Source: a virus. From it: DNA of 64,000 nt. A program made the position numbers and the translations under genes. The notes below the pieces were generated by a model. The model did not search any database. It saw only the letters and a program-made list of their open reading frames with translations, and had not been told where the DNA came from. Of the stretch, positions 1-10,412 are shown one piece after another; within the stretch, counting starts at the first letter, position 1, and each line of letters begins with the position of its first letter. Location of the stretch: the IMG/VR virus record IMGVR_UViG_3300032213_001850, positions 17,380 through 81,379 of that record, one strand, 5' to 3'.

Positions 1-102
1 GATACTCGTCAAATGTTTGAGAAGGATGATGAAGTAGGTTCTATATTTTATCAAATAAAAGAAACTATCGAAAAATTCAAAACAAAACAAAATGCCAATT
101 AG
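1..102 (+). CDS. 3' end of a hypothetical phage protein (partial, runs off the window)
   Basis: Frame 1 is open from base 1 (DTRQMFEKDDEVGSIFYQIKETIEKFKTKQNAN*), with TAG at 100-102 overlapping the next start; not in the ORF track. Confidence 0.65.
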   Translation, partial: DTRQMFEKDDEVGSIFYQIKETIEKFKTKQNAN

Positions 103-790
103 AAAAAAAAGGGGCCCTAATAGACAATACTTTACGAAGGATACGGAAGATGCTATCATTGAATATAATCTTACAACCGACCAATATATTAAAGATAAAT
201 TGTATAGAGAAAGAATTGCATCTGCATTTGACAAACTTGCAGAGATAGTTTACAACAAATGGAAGTTTACTTATTTCGATGATGACCCAAAAGATGTAAT
301 GGCAGAGGTTGTTGCATTTATGATTGAAAAAATTCATATGTATAAAAATGGTAAAGGTAAAGCTTTCTCATACTTTACAATTGTTGCAAGAAACTATCTT
401 ATCTTAAATAATAATGCAAACTACAAAAGATACAAAGATACGGATATAATGTCTGGTTTACCCGAATCGTTTGATACTGAAAATAATTTTAGAGAAGAGG
501 AGAGAAACGAAGAGCATAGAACATTTAATGTTAGAATGTTACAATATTGGGATAAACATTTAGAAAACTATTTTCCTAAAAAAAGAGACATGCAAATTGC
601 AGATTCTGTTTTGGAATTATTTAGAAGAGCAAATTATATAGAAAACTTTAATAAAAAATCATTATATTTACTTATTAGAGAAATGACCGGACATCCGACT
701 CATTACATAACCAAAGTTGTCAACAAAATGAAAGAAAGACAAATGGAGTTATATAATGAATTTGATAAAGAAGGTGATATAAAAATTTAA
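92..790 (+). CDS. Phage late-transcription sigma factor (T4 gp55-like)
   Basis: KAFSYFTIVARNYLI resembles the gp55 region-2 motif (NPFAYFTQI...); size and context fit. Confidence 0.75.
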   Translation: MPIRKKRGPNRQYFTKDTEDAIIEYNLTTDQYIKDKLYRERIASAFDKLAEIVYNKWKFTYFDDDPKDVMAEVVAFMIEKIHMYKNGKGKAFSYFTIVARNYLILNNNANYKRYKDTDIMSGLPESFDTENNFREEERNEEHRTFNVRMLQYWDKHLENYFPKKRDMQIADSVLELFRRANYIENFNKKSLYLLIREMTGHPTHYITKVVNKMKERQMELYNEFDKEGDIKI

Positions 791-793
791 TTT

Positions 794-2491
794 ATGATAC
801 AATTAGGTTTATCAGGATTTTACCACGATTCAGCAGCAGCTTTAGTTATAGATGGTAAAGTTATATGTGCAATTGAAGAAGAAAAACTATCCGGCGAAAA
901 GCATGATAGTTCTTTTCCGTTTAAAGCAATTCAATGGTGTTTAGAATACGCAAAGATAACAATTGATGAAGTTGATATGGTTTGTTGGTATGAAAACCCA
1001 AACGATAAATTTGAAAGAGTTAGAGAAACGATTGGTAAGTGGGGTGGTTTAAGATACCCAATGAAATGGAGACAATTCTTAAAAAGATGGAATCAATCGG
1101 AAGGTAATTTAAAAGGAATATTAAAATCAATTGGATATGATGGAGAAATTTTATATTCATTACACCATCATTCACATTTAGCACTATCTTACTACACATC
1201 ACCATTTGATAAAGCAATAGGTTTGTCAATTGATGGAGTTGGTGAATCACATACGATATATGCAGCAATGTGTGATGAGTTTGGTTTTCATAAAATACAA
1301 ACATTACACTTTCCACATTCATTGGGATTGATTTATTCAGCATTTACTGCTTATTTAGGATTTAAACCAAACGAAGGTGAGTATAAAGTAATGGGCCTTG
1401 CTCCATATGGTGATAATGAAAAATATAATAAGATATTTGATAAAGTTGTTACTACCGGTGGTGAAATAGACATTGTAAAGATGGATATGTCTTACTTTAC
1501 ATGGCATACATCGGATAACGATATGTTTAATGATAAGTTGATTGATTTAATTGGATTTCCACCAAGATTCAAAGATGAACCAATAGAACAACATCATAAA
1601 GACTTAGCTGCTTCATTACAAAGATGGTATGAAGCTGCGTTATACTTTATTATCAATAGAATTACAAATACTTGGGAATGTGAGAATTTAGTATTAGGTG
1701 GTGGTTGTGCATATAATGGAACTGCTAATGGTAAAATTAAACAATTCACTGCAATTAAGAATGTATTCATTCCATTTGCTCCATCGGATAGTGGTTCTGC
1801 AATTGGTGCATGTTTATATCATTATCATCAAACATTTGGCAATCCCAAAGTAAAAGGTGGAGATAACCAATCACCATATTTGGGTGAGGAGTGGAGTAAT
1901 CCTGAATTACTTAAAATTATATTACAAAATCATAGAAGTAAGGTTGTAATGTATGATACCAATGATGTATTATGTAAAGAAGTTGCAAAGTTAATCAATG
2001 AAGGTAATATTGTAGGATGGTTTCAAGGTAGAACTGAATTTGGTGCAAGAGCATTGGGTAATCGTTCTATATTAGGTAATCCACATTTGTCCGACATTAG
2101 AGATAGAATTAATAAGGTTGTCAAAAAGAGAGAGATGTTTAGACCATTTGCTCCATCGGTTACAATTGAAGATTATCAAAAGTATTTCCTATCAGAAGAA
2201 GATGTTCCTTATATGAATCAGGTTGTCAAAGTTAAAAAAGGAGTAAACATTCCGTCAGTAACCCATGTTGACAATTCTGCAAGGATACAGACACTTAAAA
2301 GAGAGGATAATCCACTTTACTATGACTTATTAAAGGAGTTCGAAAAACTAACAGGAACACCCATTCTATTGAATACATCATTTAACTTAAAAGACCACAC
2401 AATGACAAATGACCCACAAAAAGCAATTTGGACATTTAATAATTGTGATATGAATTATTTAGTATTAGGTAAATTTTTAATTAGCAAATAA
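794..2491 (+). CDS. O-carbamoyltransferase (NodU/CmcH/TobZ family)
   Basis: HDSAAAL, EEEK, HHHSH, DGVGE, EYKVMGLAPYG, GGCAYN, DSGSAIG, EFGARALGNRS, FRPFAP, LNTSFN motifs. Confidence 0.95.
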   Translation: MIQLGLSGFYHDSAAALVIDGKVICAIEEEKLSGEKHDSSFPFKAIQWCLEYAKITIDEVDMVCWYENPNDKFERVRETIGKWGGLRYPMKWRQFLKRWNQSEGNLKGILKSIGYDGEILYSLHHHSHLALSYYTSPFDKAIGLSIDGVGESHTIYAAMCDEFGFHKIQTLHFPHSLGLIYSAFTAYLGFKPNEGEYKVMGLAPYGDNEKYNKIFDKVVTTGGEIDIVKMDMSYFTWHTSDNDMFNDKLIDLIGFPPRFKDEPIEQHHKDLAASLQRWYEAALYFIINRITNTWECENLVLGGGCAYNGTANGKIKQFTAIKNVFIPFAPSDSGSAIGACLYHYHQTFGNPKVKGGDNQSPYLGEEWSNPELLKIILQNHRSKVVMYDTNDVLCKEVAKLINEGNIVGWFQGRTEFGARALGNRSILGNPHLSDIRDRINKVVKKREMFRPFAPSVTIEDYQKYFLSEEDVPYMNQVVKVKKGVNIPSVTHVDNSARIQTLKREDNPLYYDLLKEFEKLTGTPILLNTSFNLKDHTMTNDPQKAIWTFNNCDMNYLVLGKFLISK

Positions 2492-3267
2492 TGAAAATAC
2501 ATGCATTTGGAGATAGTTGGACAGAAGGAGAAGGAACTAACTGGTCCATAGAACAATCATTTAAAGACAGAAAACAATTACAACTATTCAGAAATGAAAG
2601 TAGTTGGGTAAACATTCTTGCCAATAAATTAGGATTAGAACCTGTAAATAATGGGTGGAGTGGTAAAGCAAATAATGTTATTTTTAATGAGGTTATAAAT
2701 GATTTAAGAAATGGTAAAATTCATAAAGATGATTTTATTGTTATCATGTGGAGTTCATCGTTAAGAGATTATGTTCCATTTTTACCAAAAGGTGAATGGA
2801 TAAGTTGGGGACAAATGGAATTATCAGCCTTACCACATAAGTTTACAGAATCATATACATACGGAGATGAGAAGTTTAATAATTTTTTGGCTGAGTATAA
2901 AAAATTCTTTTTAGGAAATTTATTTACACAAAATTATTATAATATAATAAATCAAAATTATATAATTTATTTACAACATATGTTAAATGAATATGGTGTA
3001 AAATATATTATGTGTGATGCATTTGACTTAATGATTCAAAATTTAGATAAAAAAGATGATAACACTTATTTAATTGATAAATCAACATATTGGGGTTTTG
3101 CAAACGAATCTTTGGAATCATGGTTAATGAAAAATTATAAAGGTAAAGATGTTTGGGAAAAGAAAATTCCAAACCCAATGAAAGTTGCACAACATCCAAA
3201 TAAAGAAGGTTACAATCTAATAAGTCAGGAACTTTATAATTATATAATAAAGAACAACATAATATAA
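2491..3267 (+). CDS. SGNH/GDSL-fold hydrolase or acyltransferase-like protein
   Basis: N-terminal FGDSWTEG block I; C-terminal QHPNKEGY. Confidence 0.7.
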   Translation: MKIHAFGDSWTEGEGTNWSIEQSFKDRKQLQLFRNESSWVNILANKLGLEPVNNGWSGKANNVIFNEVINDLRNGKIHKDDFIVIMWSSSLRDYVPFLPKGEWISWGQMELSALPHKFTESYTYGDEKFNNFLAEYKKFFLGNLFTQNYYNIINQNYIIYLQHMLNEYGVKYIMCDAFDLMIQNLDKKDDNTYLIDKSTYWGFANESLESWLMKNYKGKDVWEKKIPNPMKVAQHPNKEGYNLISQELYNYIIKNNII

Positions 3268-3674
3268 TGTCAAACGAATTTCAATTATTTGATGGTAAAA
3301 ACTTATCATCATTATTTAAAGATATATACGAAAACCAACAAAACAAAAAGAAAAACATTTCCGATTTGATTGAATCACTTCGTAAATTGATTAAAAATGT
3401 TGGTGAAGCAACGGTCATTGCACCTATCATAAAAGATTTAATTGAGGTATCGGTTAAAAATGATGACCATTTAATTAAACTTGCAACAATTGCACAAAGA
3501 CTTGCAGCTGCAGAAGCCAAAGGTATTGGTGAGGATGGTTGGTTAAGTGAACAAGAAAAAGAACAATTACTTGCAGATATGGAGGACGCAATAGATGCTG
3601 TTGAAGAAAAAACCAAAGAAAAAATGGTTGATTTGGAAATAGAAATTGAAGAAATAAAAACTAAAGTAAAATAA
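3267..3674 (+). CDS. Hypothetical helical/coiled-coil phage protein
   Basis: 135-aa ORF with TAATG coupling at both ends. Confidence 0.6.
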   Translation: MSNEFQLFDGKNLSSLFKDIYENQQNKKKNISDLIESLRKLIKNVGEATVIAPIIKDLIEVSVKNDDHLIKLATIAQRLAAAEAKGIGEDGWLSEQEKEQLLADMEDAIDAVEEKTKEKMVDLEIEIEEIKTKVK

Positions 3675-4900
3675 TGGAAATAAATTCATTTTTAGCAACT
3701 GTTGAAACTGTATATACATCTTTACCAACTGATAGAAAAATAGATATAGATAGTAATTTCATTCCAAAATATAATGATAATAAAAATTATATTGAATCAT
3801 TTGATAATATGGAGTATTTGGGTGCAATTAAATTCAAATCAAATAAAGTAAATTCAAAAAGTGAAAACATTGCATTTCCTTTTGATAAAAATAATATAAC
3901 ATATCCAATAACAGGTGAAACTATTGTAATTTTAAAAATACAAGATGGATATTATTGGTTACCATATAGTATTTCTTTATACCCAAATTATAGAGAAAAT
4001 GCTGCAATTTCTATATCAACTACGGATAGGGAACCAATAAGTTTAAATACATCTAATAAAAATGCAGATTATAAATCTGCAAAAGATGGTACACCAAATT
4101 CTGCACCTACTAAATCCGATTCCCAAAAATCTTTATATAAAAAAAATGAAAAGATTAAATTTTTATTACCAAAAGAAGGTGATACAATTTTACAAGGTAG
4201 AGTTGGCAATACAATTCGTTTTAGTGAGTTCTTTTTGACAGAAGATGATAAAACTTCCTCACCTGGAATTTATATTCGTAATAAACAAAATAACGAATTA
4301 GATTCTGAGCCGATTGGAACATTGGTCGAGGAGAATATTAATAAAGATGGAACTTCTGTATATTTCACATCAGGTAAAGTAAAAGTCCCATTCAAAGAAA
4401 CAATTAAAAAACAAAAAATAGCATTTACTAACTATCCAAATTCAACGGATTTGACTGGTGACCAATTATTTGTAAATTCCGATAGAATAGTGTTATCTGC
4501 AAAATCAAAAGAATTTATTATATTTGGTAAAAGTAATACGGGTATAATAACTGATGGTAAATTTAGTGTAGATTCTATTGGTGATTCACATATACATTCC
4601 AATAACAACATTATATTACAAACAAAAAGAAACGTTGTAATATCAACGGATGGTGTTGGTAATATTTGGTTAGGTGAAGTTAAAAAAACATCAGGAAAAG
4701 CCGGTGAGCCGGTTCAAAGAGCAGTATTGGCGGGAGAATTAATTGCATTAATGGAAGAAATGTTGGATGCAATCAATAAGATGGTTTTTGCAACAGGAGT
4801 AGGCCCAAGTGGAGCAGGGCCACATAATGCTGCAATTTTTACCTCAATTAAGAAAAGATTAGGTAAAATACAATCAAGTAGAACATTTTTAAGTAAATAA
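3674..4900 (+). CDS. Baseplate hub/spike protein (gp5/VgrG-like)
   Basis: N-terminal YPITGETIVI (OB-fold-like), EGDTILQGRVGNTIRFS, beta-strand-repeat C-terminal half; lies upstream of gp25/gp6-like genes. Confidence 0.55.
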   Translation: MEINSFLATVETVYTSLPTDRKIDIDSNFIPKYNDNKNYIESFDNMEYLGAIKFKSNKVNSKSENIAFPFDKNNITYPITGETIVILKIQDGYYWLPYSISLYPNYRENAAISISTTDREPISLNTSNKNADYKSAKDGTPNSAPTKSDSQKSLYKKNEKIKFLLPKEGDTILQGRVGNTIRFSEFFLTEDDKTSSPGIYIRNKQNNELDSEPIGTLVEENINKDGTSVYFTSGKVKVPFKETIKKQKIAFTNYPNSTDLTGDQLFVNSDRIVLSAKSKEFIIFGKSNTGIITDGKFSVDSIGDSHIHSNNNIILQTKRNVVISTDGVGNIWLGEVKKTSGKAGEPVQRAVLAGELIALMEEMLDAINKMVFATGVGPSGAGPHNAAIFTSIKKRLGKIQSSRTFLSK

Positions 4901-4901
4901 T

Positions 4902-6356
4902 ATGTGGGCAATTTTTAAATTGAATGTTTTGACCGCAATGGTTACAGGACAATTTAAGGCTGACCCGGATGAGTTTGCTGAATTTTATGCAAATGAATAC
5001 GATAAGGCAATAAAAAGTGGTGGTGATTTATTGTATGGAGTCAACGTTATCAATGGTAGTGTTAAAGGTATGGCAGATGCTATAAAAATTGCATTAAAAA
5101 AAGGAACGGATAGTGTTGGTAGTAATTTTAATGTATTGGCGGAAATATATCCCGCAGCATTTGATGCATATTGGTTGGGTGCAGAAATGTCACCATTACC
5201 AAACCCATTAATAAAGCCTTTGGGATGGCCTACAACACCACCTGCACCTGGTACAATACAAAATATTGGCCCGGACCCGATATCATTGGCAGCTACTGCA
5301 ACATTACATAAAGCAGAAGTGGAAATATTAAAAGCGTTGGAAGATGAGTTGAAAAAACAAACAATAACATTACCGGCAATTGCACCATTACCATCAATCA
5401 CTATTCCTGTATATGAAACTGCCCAAAAAATAATAAACAAAGAAGCAGTTGCACCGGATATAAAAAATCATCCGGTGGTTAAAGGTGCAGTTGAGATAAT
5501 AAAAAAATTAAAAGAAGCTAAAAAGAAAAAACCAGCAATAGGAAAACAAATTAAAAAGGCCTTAAAATTTGAATTTCCAAAATTACCAGATAGGAAAAAA
5601 ATAATAGAAGAAACAAAAGAAAAATTATTAGAAAAAGCAATTGAAGAGATTAAAAATCAAATTATACCTCCAATTGAAGATATCATACTACAACCAATAT
5701 ATCAGTATGTTCAAATGGCAGTTGCAATATTAGATTCTATTCCAAGTCCAAAACCAACTACATCAGAAATTAAAAAATTTGTAAAAGATACTGCAAAGGG
5801 GTTAATACCTGAAATAGATATACCAATTGAAATTCCAAATATACCAACGAAAGAAGAATTACAAGAACAAATTGATGCTAAAACTCCTACTGACGAGGAA
5901 ATAAGAGCATTAGCAGAAGAAAAAATAAAAGATTTAATTCCAGACCCACCATTCATTAGTTTTACCCCACCTAGTTTTATTTTTAGTACCAAAACAAATG
6001 TAATGATTGACCCGTTTCTTCAACTTGCACAGGTACATTTAATGGGTGTTGGTGGTAATATGATGGTGACATCACAATATACACCACCTGCACCACCTGC
6101 ACCTGCAATTATAAATTATACGGGATACCAAGTAAAATCAGGACCACCTGTGCCAGATTTTCCTTCAACGGTTGAATTTCCTCAAATTGATTTGGGTAGT
6201 ATTGAAATTCCTAGTTTTCCGGAATTACCACAATTGCCAAACATAAGTCCTGTCGATTTATTAACATCATTGGCAATATCTTTACCTGATGTAAAAATAA
6301 ATGCACCAAAGGTTGATGTAAACATTAAAATACCAACAATACCAAATGTTGGATAA
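4902..6356 (+). CDS. Proline-rich putative structural protein
   Basis: 484 aa with many PxxP tracts and a central K/E-rich helical segment, inside the baseplate module. Confidence 0.5.
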   Translation: MWAIFKLNVLTAMVTGQFKADPDEFAEFYANEYDKAIKSGGDLLYGVNVINGSVKGMADAIKIALKKGTDSVGSNFNVLAEIYPAAFDAYWLGAEMSPLPNPLIKPLGWPTTPPAPGTIQNIGPDPISLAATATLHKAEVEILKALEDELKKQTITLPAIAPLPSITIPVYETAQKIINKEAVAPDIKNHPVVKGAVEIIKKLKEAKKKKPAIGKQIKKALKFEFPKLPDRKKIIEETKEKLLEKAIEEIKNQIIPPIEDIILQPIYQYVQMAVAILDSIPSPKPTTSEIKKFVKDTAKGLIPEIDIPIEIPNIPTKEELQEQIDAKTPTDEEIRALAEEKIKDLIPDPPFISFTPPSFIFSTKTNVMIDPFLQLAQVHLMGVGGNMMVTSQYTPPAPPAPAIINYTGYQVKSGPPVPDFPSTVEFPQIDLGSIEIPSFPELPQLPNISPVDLLTSLAISLPDVKINAPKVDVNIKIPTIPNVG

Positions 6357-6369
6357 TTATTTAAATCAA

Positions 6370-6377
6370 ATATTTAT
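6370..6377 (+). promoter_or_regulatory. Putative late promoter box ATATTTAT
   Basis: Recurrent intergenic motif, 24 nt before ATG 6402. Confidence 0.6.
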
Positions 6378-6401
6378 TACTAAAACATACAAACAATTAT
6401 T

Positions 6402-6899
6402 ATGAAATCAGACATTTTATTAACTTTAATTAAAGAAGTTGTTAAAAACGAAGTTAAACAACAAGTTAAAGAAGAACTTGTTAAACTAATTAAATCTGGT
6501 GCAGTTACATTGAACTCACAAACAAAAACATCTACTCCATCGTTAAGAGAGATGACAGAAGTTACTCCTACACCGGTTAAAAGACAACAACCTGTACAAC
6601 AACCACAAAGACCACAAAGAGAATTTTCAAAAGACCCAATGATAAATGAAATTTTGAATATGACTCAACCATTTACTTCCGAACAAAGGAAAGAGGGTGC
6701 ACAGGCAGTTGGAAGTGTATTGGATATGATTAAACCAGAATTAAGGGTCGATGAAAGTGAGTGGGAAACAATGGATTTTAGAGAGGTAAATGTACCATCC
6801 AATGTCCCAAATTTTGAATCAACCGGTGATGGTTTACAAGATGCTACAATAAAAGCATTGACAAGAGATTATAGTGAATTAGTAAAAAGATTTAAATAA
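6402..6899 (+). CDS. Hypothetical virion-associated protein
   Basis: 165 aa; N-terminal LIKEVVKNEVK helix, C-terminal ALTRDYSELVK; directly before the gp25-like gene. Confidence 0.6.
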   Translation: MKSDILLTLIKEVVKNEVKQQVKEELVKLIKSGAVTLNSQTKTSTPSLREMTEVTPTPVKRQQPVQQPQRPQREFSKDPMINEILNMTQPFTSEQRKEGAQAVGSVLDMIKPELRVDESEWETMDFREVNVPSNVPNFESTGDGLQDATIKALTRDYSELVKRFK

Positions 6900-7336
6900 T
6901 GGCAATAGAGTTAGGAAAAATTAATGTAGACGACTTATCGGAAAATAATTACAAAGTATTGGGTATTGGTATTAATAGAACATCCAATTCTAATGGTATT
7001 TTTTCCGTTAATTATACTACCCTATCTCAGGCCAAAGATAATATTATAAATCTAGTAATGACCGCAAAAGGTGAAAGAGAAATGAACCCAAATTTTGGAT
7101 GTGATGTTTGGCAAGTTTTATTTGAACCAATTATAGATGAAACGATTTCTCAAAAAATAGAAGATAGTATTTTAGATGCTGTTAAAACTTGGTTACCTTA
7201 TATTGAAATTCAACAAATAATCTTTGATTATGATAGTGATGATATAGATGCAAATAAGATATTATTAGAAATACAATTTTCTTTAGCAGCAAATCCATCT
7301 CTATCGGATACGATAACCTTAAAAATAGAAAAATAA
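6899..7336 (+). CDS. Baseplate wedge subunit (T4 gp25/GPW-like)
   Basis: NLVMTAKGEREMNPNFGCDVWQVLFEP ... WLPYIEI is the gp25 family signature. Confidence 0.9.
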   Translation: MAIELGKINVDDLSENNYKVLGIGINRTSNSNGIFSVNYTTLSQAKDNIINLVMTAKGEREMNPNFGCDVWQVLFEPIIDETISQKIEDSILDAVKTWLPYIEIQQIIFDYDSDDIDANKILLEIQFSLAANPSLSDTITLKIEK

Positions 7337-7340
7337 TAAA

Positions 7341-9353
7341 ATGGCTATAAAGTCTATAAATAAAAATTGGGGAAACACCAAAAACATAAATTACTTAGGT
7401 AAGGATTTTGATGCATTAAAACAAAATCTTATTGATTTTACTAAGACATATTTTCCAAATCAATATTCGGATTTCAATGATGCATCTCCGGGTATGGTTT
7501 TCTTAGAACAAGCTGCAGCAATTGGTGATATGTTATCTTTTTATCAAGATATACAACTTAAAGAATCAATGTTATCAAATGCAACTGAAAGGAAAAATGT
7601 AATTGCATTGGCTCAATCTATGGGATACAAACCAAAAGTAACAACCCCGGCCGTAACAACATTAACTGTTTATCAATTAATTAAAAGTATTGGTTCAGGT
7701 GTAAACAACAAACCAGATGATAGCTTATTTTTAAAAATTAAAAGTGGAATGGAAGTTACATCAAAAAGTAACTCGAATGTAGTTTTTAGAACAATTGATG
7801 CAGTCGATTTTGCAAATTCAAGTAGTAGAGAAATTGACGTTTATAGTAGAGATGGAAGTGGAGAACCGACACAATATTTGATAACTAAACAAGTTCAGGC
7901 AATATCTGCTAGAGAAGTTTCTACAACTATTACGGTTTCAAATTCAACGGATTACCCAATTATAACATTATCGGATTCAAATATTATACAAATAACAAAT
8001 GTTGTTGATGAAGAAAACATTCAATATTATGAAGTCCCATATTTGGCACAAGAAACTATTTTTGTGGAACAACCAAATACACTATTAAACAATAATGAAA
8101 ATGATATATCTGCAGACGTTCCTTATATTTTAGAAGTTCAAAAAGTACCTTATAGATTTTCGACCAAAGTAAATTCAGATAATACTATTGACTTACAATT
8201 TGGAAATGGTAGTTTAAGTGAAAGTGATGAAATCCTTTTGCCAAACCCAAAAAATGTTGGATTGGGATTAGCAAATTCAATACAAAGATTAAATGAAGGT
8301 ATTGACCCATCTAACTTTTTAAAAACAAATACATTGGGTATTGCACCTAACGGAAAACAATTAACTATAAAATATTTAGTTGGTGGTGGGGTATCATCTA
8401 ATGTAAATGCAAACGATTTAACAACCATTTCAAAAATAGAATTTGAAGAAGATTTGGCATCTATAACTGATATAAATTTATATAGTTTATATAAACAATC
8501 AATTGGAGTTGAAAATTCCGATGCTGCAACTGGTGGTAGAGATAGTGAATCAATTGAAGAAATTAGACAAAATGGTTTGGCAATGTTTGGGTCTCAAAAC
8601 AGAGCAGTAACTAGACAGGATTATATTGTGAGAGCATTATCTATGCCAGAAAGATATGGCAGTGTTGCAAAAGTATATGTTAGTCCCGATGGTGAGGTGG
8701 ATAATAATTCTCCATCATCTATTTTGGCATCACCACAAAATATTAATGAATTTGTTAATTTAGTTGATGGATTAAAAAATAGTTCTAGACAAGATATACA
8801 AAAAGAATTAGTTAAATATCTTAGTCAAAAGAAAACATCTATTAGTGAAGTAAATAATCCATTTGCAATTAATATGTATGTATTGGGGTATAATTCTAAT
8901 AAAAATTTAACAATAATAAACAAATCAGTTAAACAAAATCTAAAAACGTATTTAGGAGAATATAGAATGTTAACCGATGGTGTTAATATTATTGATGGGT
9001 TTATTATTAATATTGGTGTAGACTTCGATGTAGTTGTTTATTCAAATTATAATAAGAGAGAAGTTATTACAAACTGCTTAACAGAATTGCAAACTTATTT
9101 TAATATAGATAATTGGACATTCAACAAACCAATAAATCTTTCAGAAATAGAATTGATACTAGCAAATGTGGAAGGGGTAATGAGTGTTCCATCCGTAAAA
9201 ATTTCAAACTTATGTGGTGGGGACGGTAATTATTCACCAAACAGATATAACATAGATGAGGCAACCAAAGGAAAGATTGTCTACCCTTCCTTAGACCCTT
9301 CTATATTTGAAATTAAATATCCAAACAAAGACATAAAAGGGAGGGCATTATAA
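7341..9353 (+). CDS. Baseplate wedge subunit (T4 gp6/baseplate J-like)
   Basis: DFDALKQNL, YSDFN, LAQSMGYKP, FGNG, GGRDSESIEEIR, QNRAVTRQDY motifs. Confidence 0.9.
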   Translation: MAIKSINKNWGNTKNINYLGKDFDALKQNLIDFTKTYFPNQYSDFNDASPGMVFLEQAAAIGDMLSFYQDIQLKESMLSNATERKNVIALAQSMGYKPKVTTPAVTTLTVYQLIKSIGSGVNNKPDDSLFLKIKSGMEVTSKSNSNVVFRTIDAVDFANSSSREIDVYSRDGSGEPTQYLITKQVQAISAREVSTTITVSNSTDYPIITLSDSNIIQITNVVDEENIQYYEVPYLAQETIFVEQPNTLLNNNENDISADVPYILEVQKVPYRFSTKVNSDNTIDLQFGNGSLSESDEILLPNPKNVGLGLANSIQRLNEGIDPSNFLKTNTLGIAPNGKQLTIKYLVGGGVSSNVNANDLTTISKIEFEEDLASITDINLYSLYKQSIGVENSDAATGGRDSESIEEIRQNGLAMFGSQNRAVTRQDYIVRALSMPERYGSVAKVYVSPDGEVDNNSPSSILASPQNINEFVNLVDGLKNSSRQDIQKELVKYLSQKKTSISEVNNPFAINMYVLGYNSNKNLTIINKSVKQNLKTYLGEYRMLTDGVNIIDGFIINIGVDFDVVVYSNYNKREVITNCLTELQTYFNIDNWTFNKPINLSEIELILANVEGVMSVPSVKISNLCGGDGNYSPNRYNIDEATKGKIVYPSLDPSIFEIKYPNKDIKGRAL

Positions 9354-10411
9354 TGCATATATTTTACACATCATCATATGACGCAAGTGTATATCTACAA
9401 CAACCTGAACAAAATGCAGGTAGAGATGAGATATTGGAAGTAGGTAAACTTTACTACGGAGGAGTAAAGGATATTGCTAGAACTTTTATTAAGTTTGATG
9501 TTTCTAATTTGGAAACCGGCAGTAATTGGAAAGCTTATCTTAATCTTAAATCTGCAAATTCTGAAGAAATTCCACTGGAATATACAATATATGCAAATGC
9601 AGTTTCTCAAAGTTGGACAATGGGGACTGGTACAAAATTCGATAATATAACTTCTGATGGTATTAGTTGGAAATATAGAAATGGAATAGATAGTTGGCAA
9701 GATAATGTAATAGCAGGGACTGCGGTGTTTACCAATGGAACAACGGGTTCTGCAAATGCAGAAGGAGGTACTTGGTATTTAAGTGGTTCTGCATCACAAT
9801 CATTTAATAATGAACCAGACGACATCAGAATGGATGTAACAAATATTGTAAGCCTTTGGTTGAGTGGTTCGTTGCCAAATAATGGATTTATAGTACATCA
9901 TAGTTTAAATTCGGAAAATGATTCATTAGACTATGGATTATTAAAGTTCTTTTCAAAAGAAACTAATACAATATACGAACCAAAATTAGAAGTAGTTTGG
10001 AATGATATTTCGTTTGTAACTGGAAGTTTATTACCTGTAACAGGTTCTGCAGAGGATGGATACAAGGTTGTAATTACAAATCTTAAAAACGAATACTCAT
10101 CAAATACAAAGGTAAAAATTAGAGTTAAGGGTAGAGATATGTATCCTTTAAAATCTTTTGGAACAACATTTGCATACGACCAATCAAAATATATAACAAA
10201 TATTTATTATCAATTAGAAGATTATATTACATCTGAAGTTATTTTACCTTTCGGAGATTATACAAAAGTAAGTTGTGATTCAACATCAAATTATTTTATT
10301 ATGAATTTGAATAGTCTTCCAAAAAATAGAACTTATAAATTAAAATTGAAAGTTATAGAGGGTGGTATATCAACAATAATTGATGAAAAATATATTTTTG
10401 ATTTAGTATAA
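9353..10411 (+). CDS. Putative structural protein (DNRLRE-like beta-sandwich)
   Basis: DASVY..., RTFIKFD, MDVTNIV..WL, NNGFIV, FFSKET..YEPKLEV pattern; six [ST]GS motifs. Confidence 0.55.
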   Translation: MHIFYTSSYDASVYLQQPEQNAGRDEILEVGKLYYGGVKDIARTFIKFDVSNLETGSNWKAYLNLKSANSEEIPLEYTIYANAVSQSWTMGTGTKFDNITSDGISWKYRNGIDSWQDNVIAGTAVFTNGTTGSANAEGGTWYLSGSASQSFNNEPDDIRMDVTNIVSLWLSGSLPNNGFIVHHSLNSENDSLDYGLLKFFSKETNTIYEPKLEVVWNDISFVTGSLLPVTGSAEDGYKVVITNLKNEYSSNTKVKIRVKGRDMYPLKSFGTTFAYDQSKYITNIYYQLEDYITSEVILPFGDYTKVSCDSTSNYFIMNLNSLPKNRTYKLKLKVIEGGISTIIDEKYIFDLV

Positions 10412-10412
10412 T

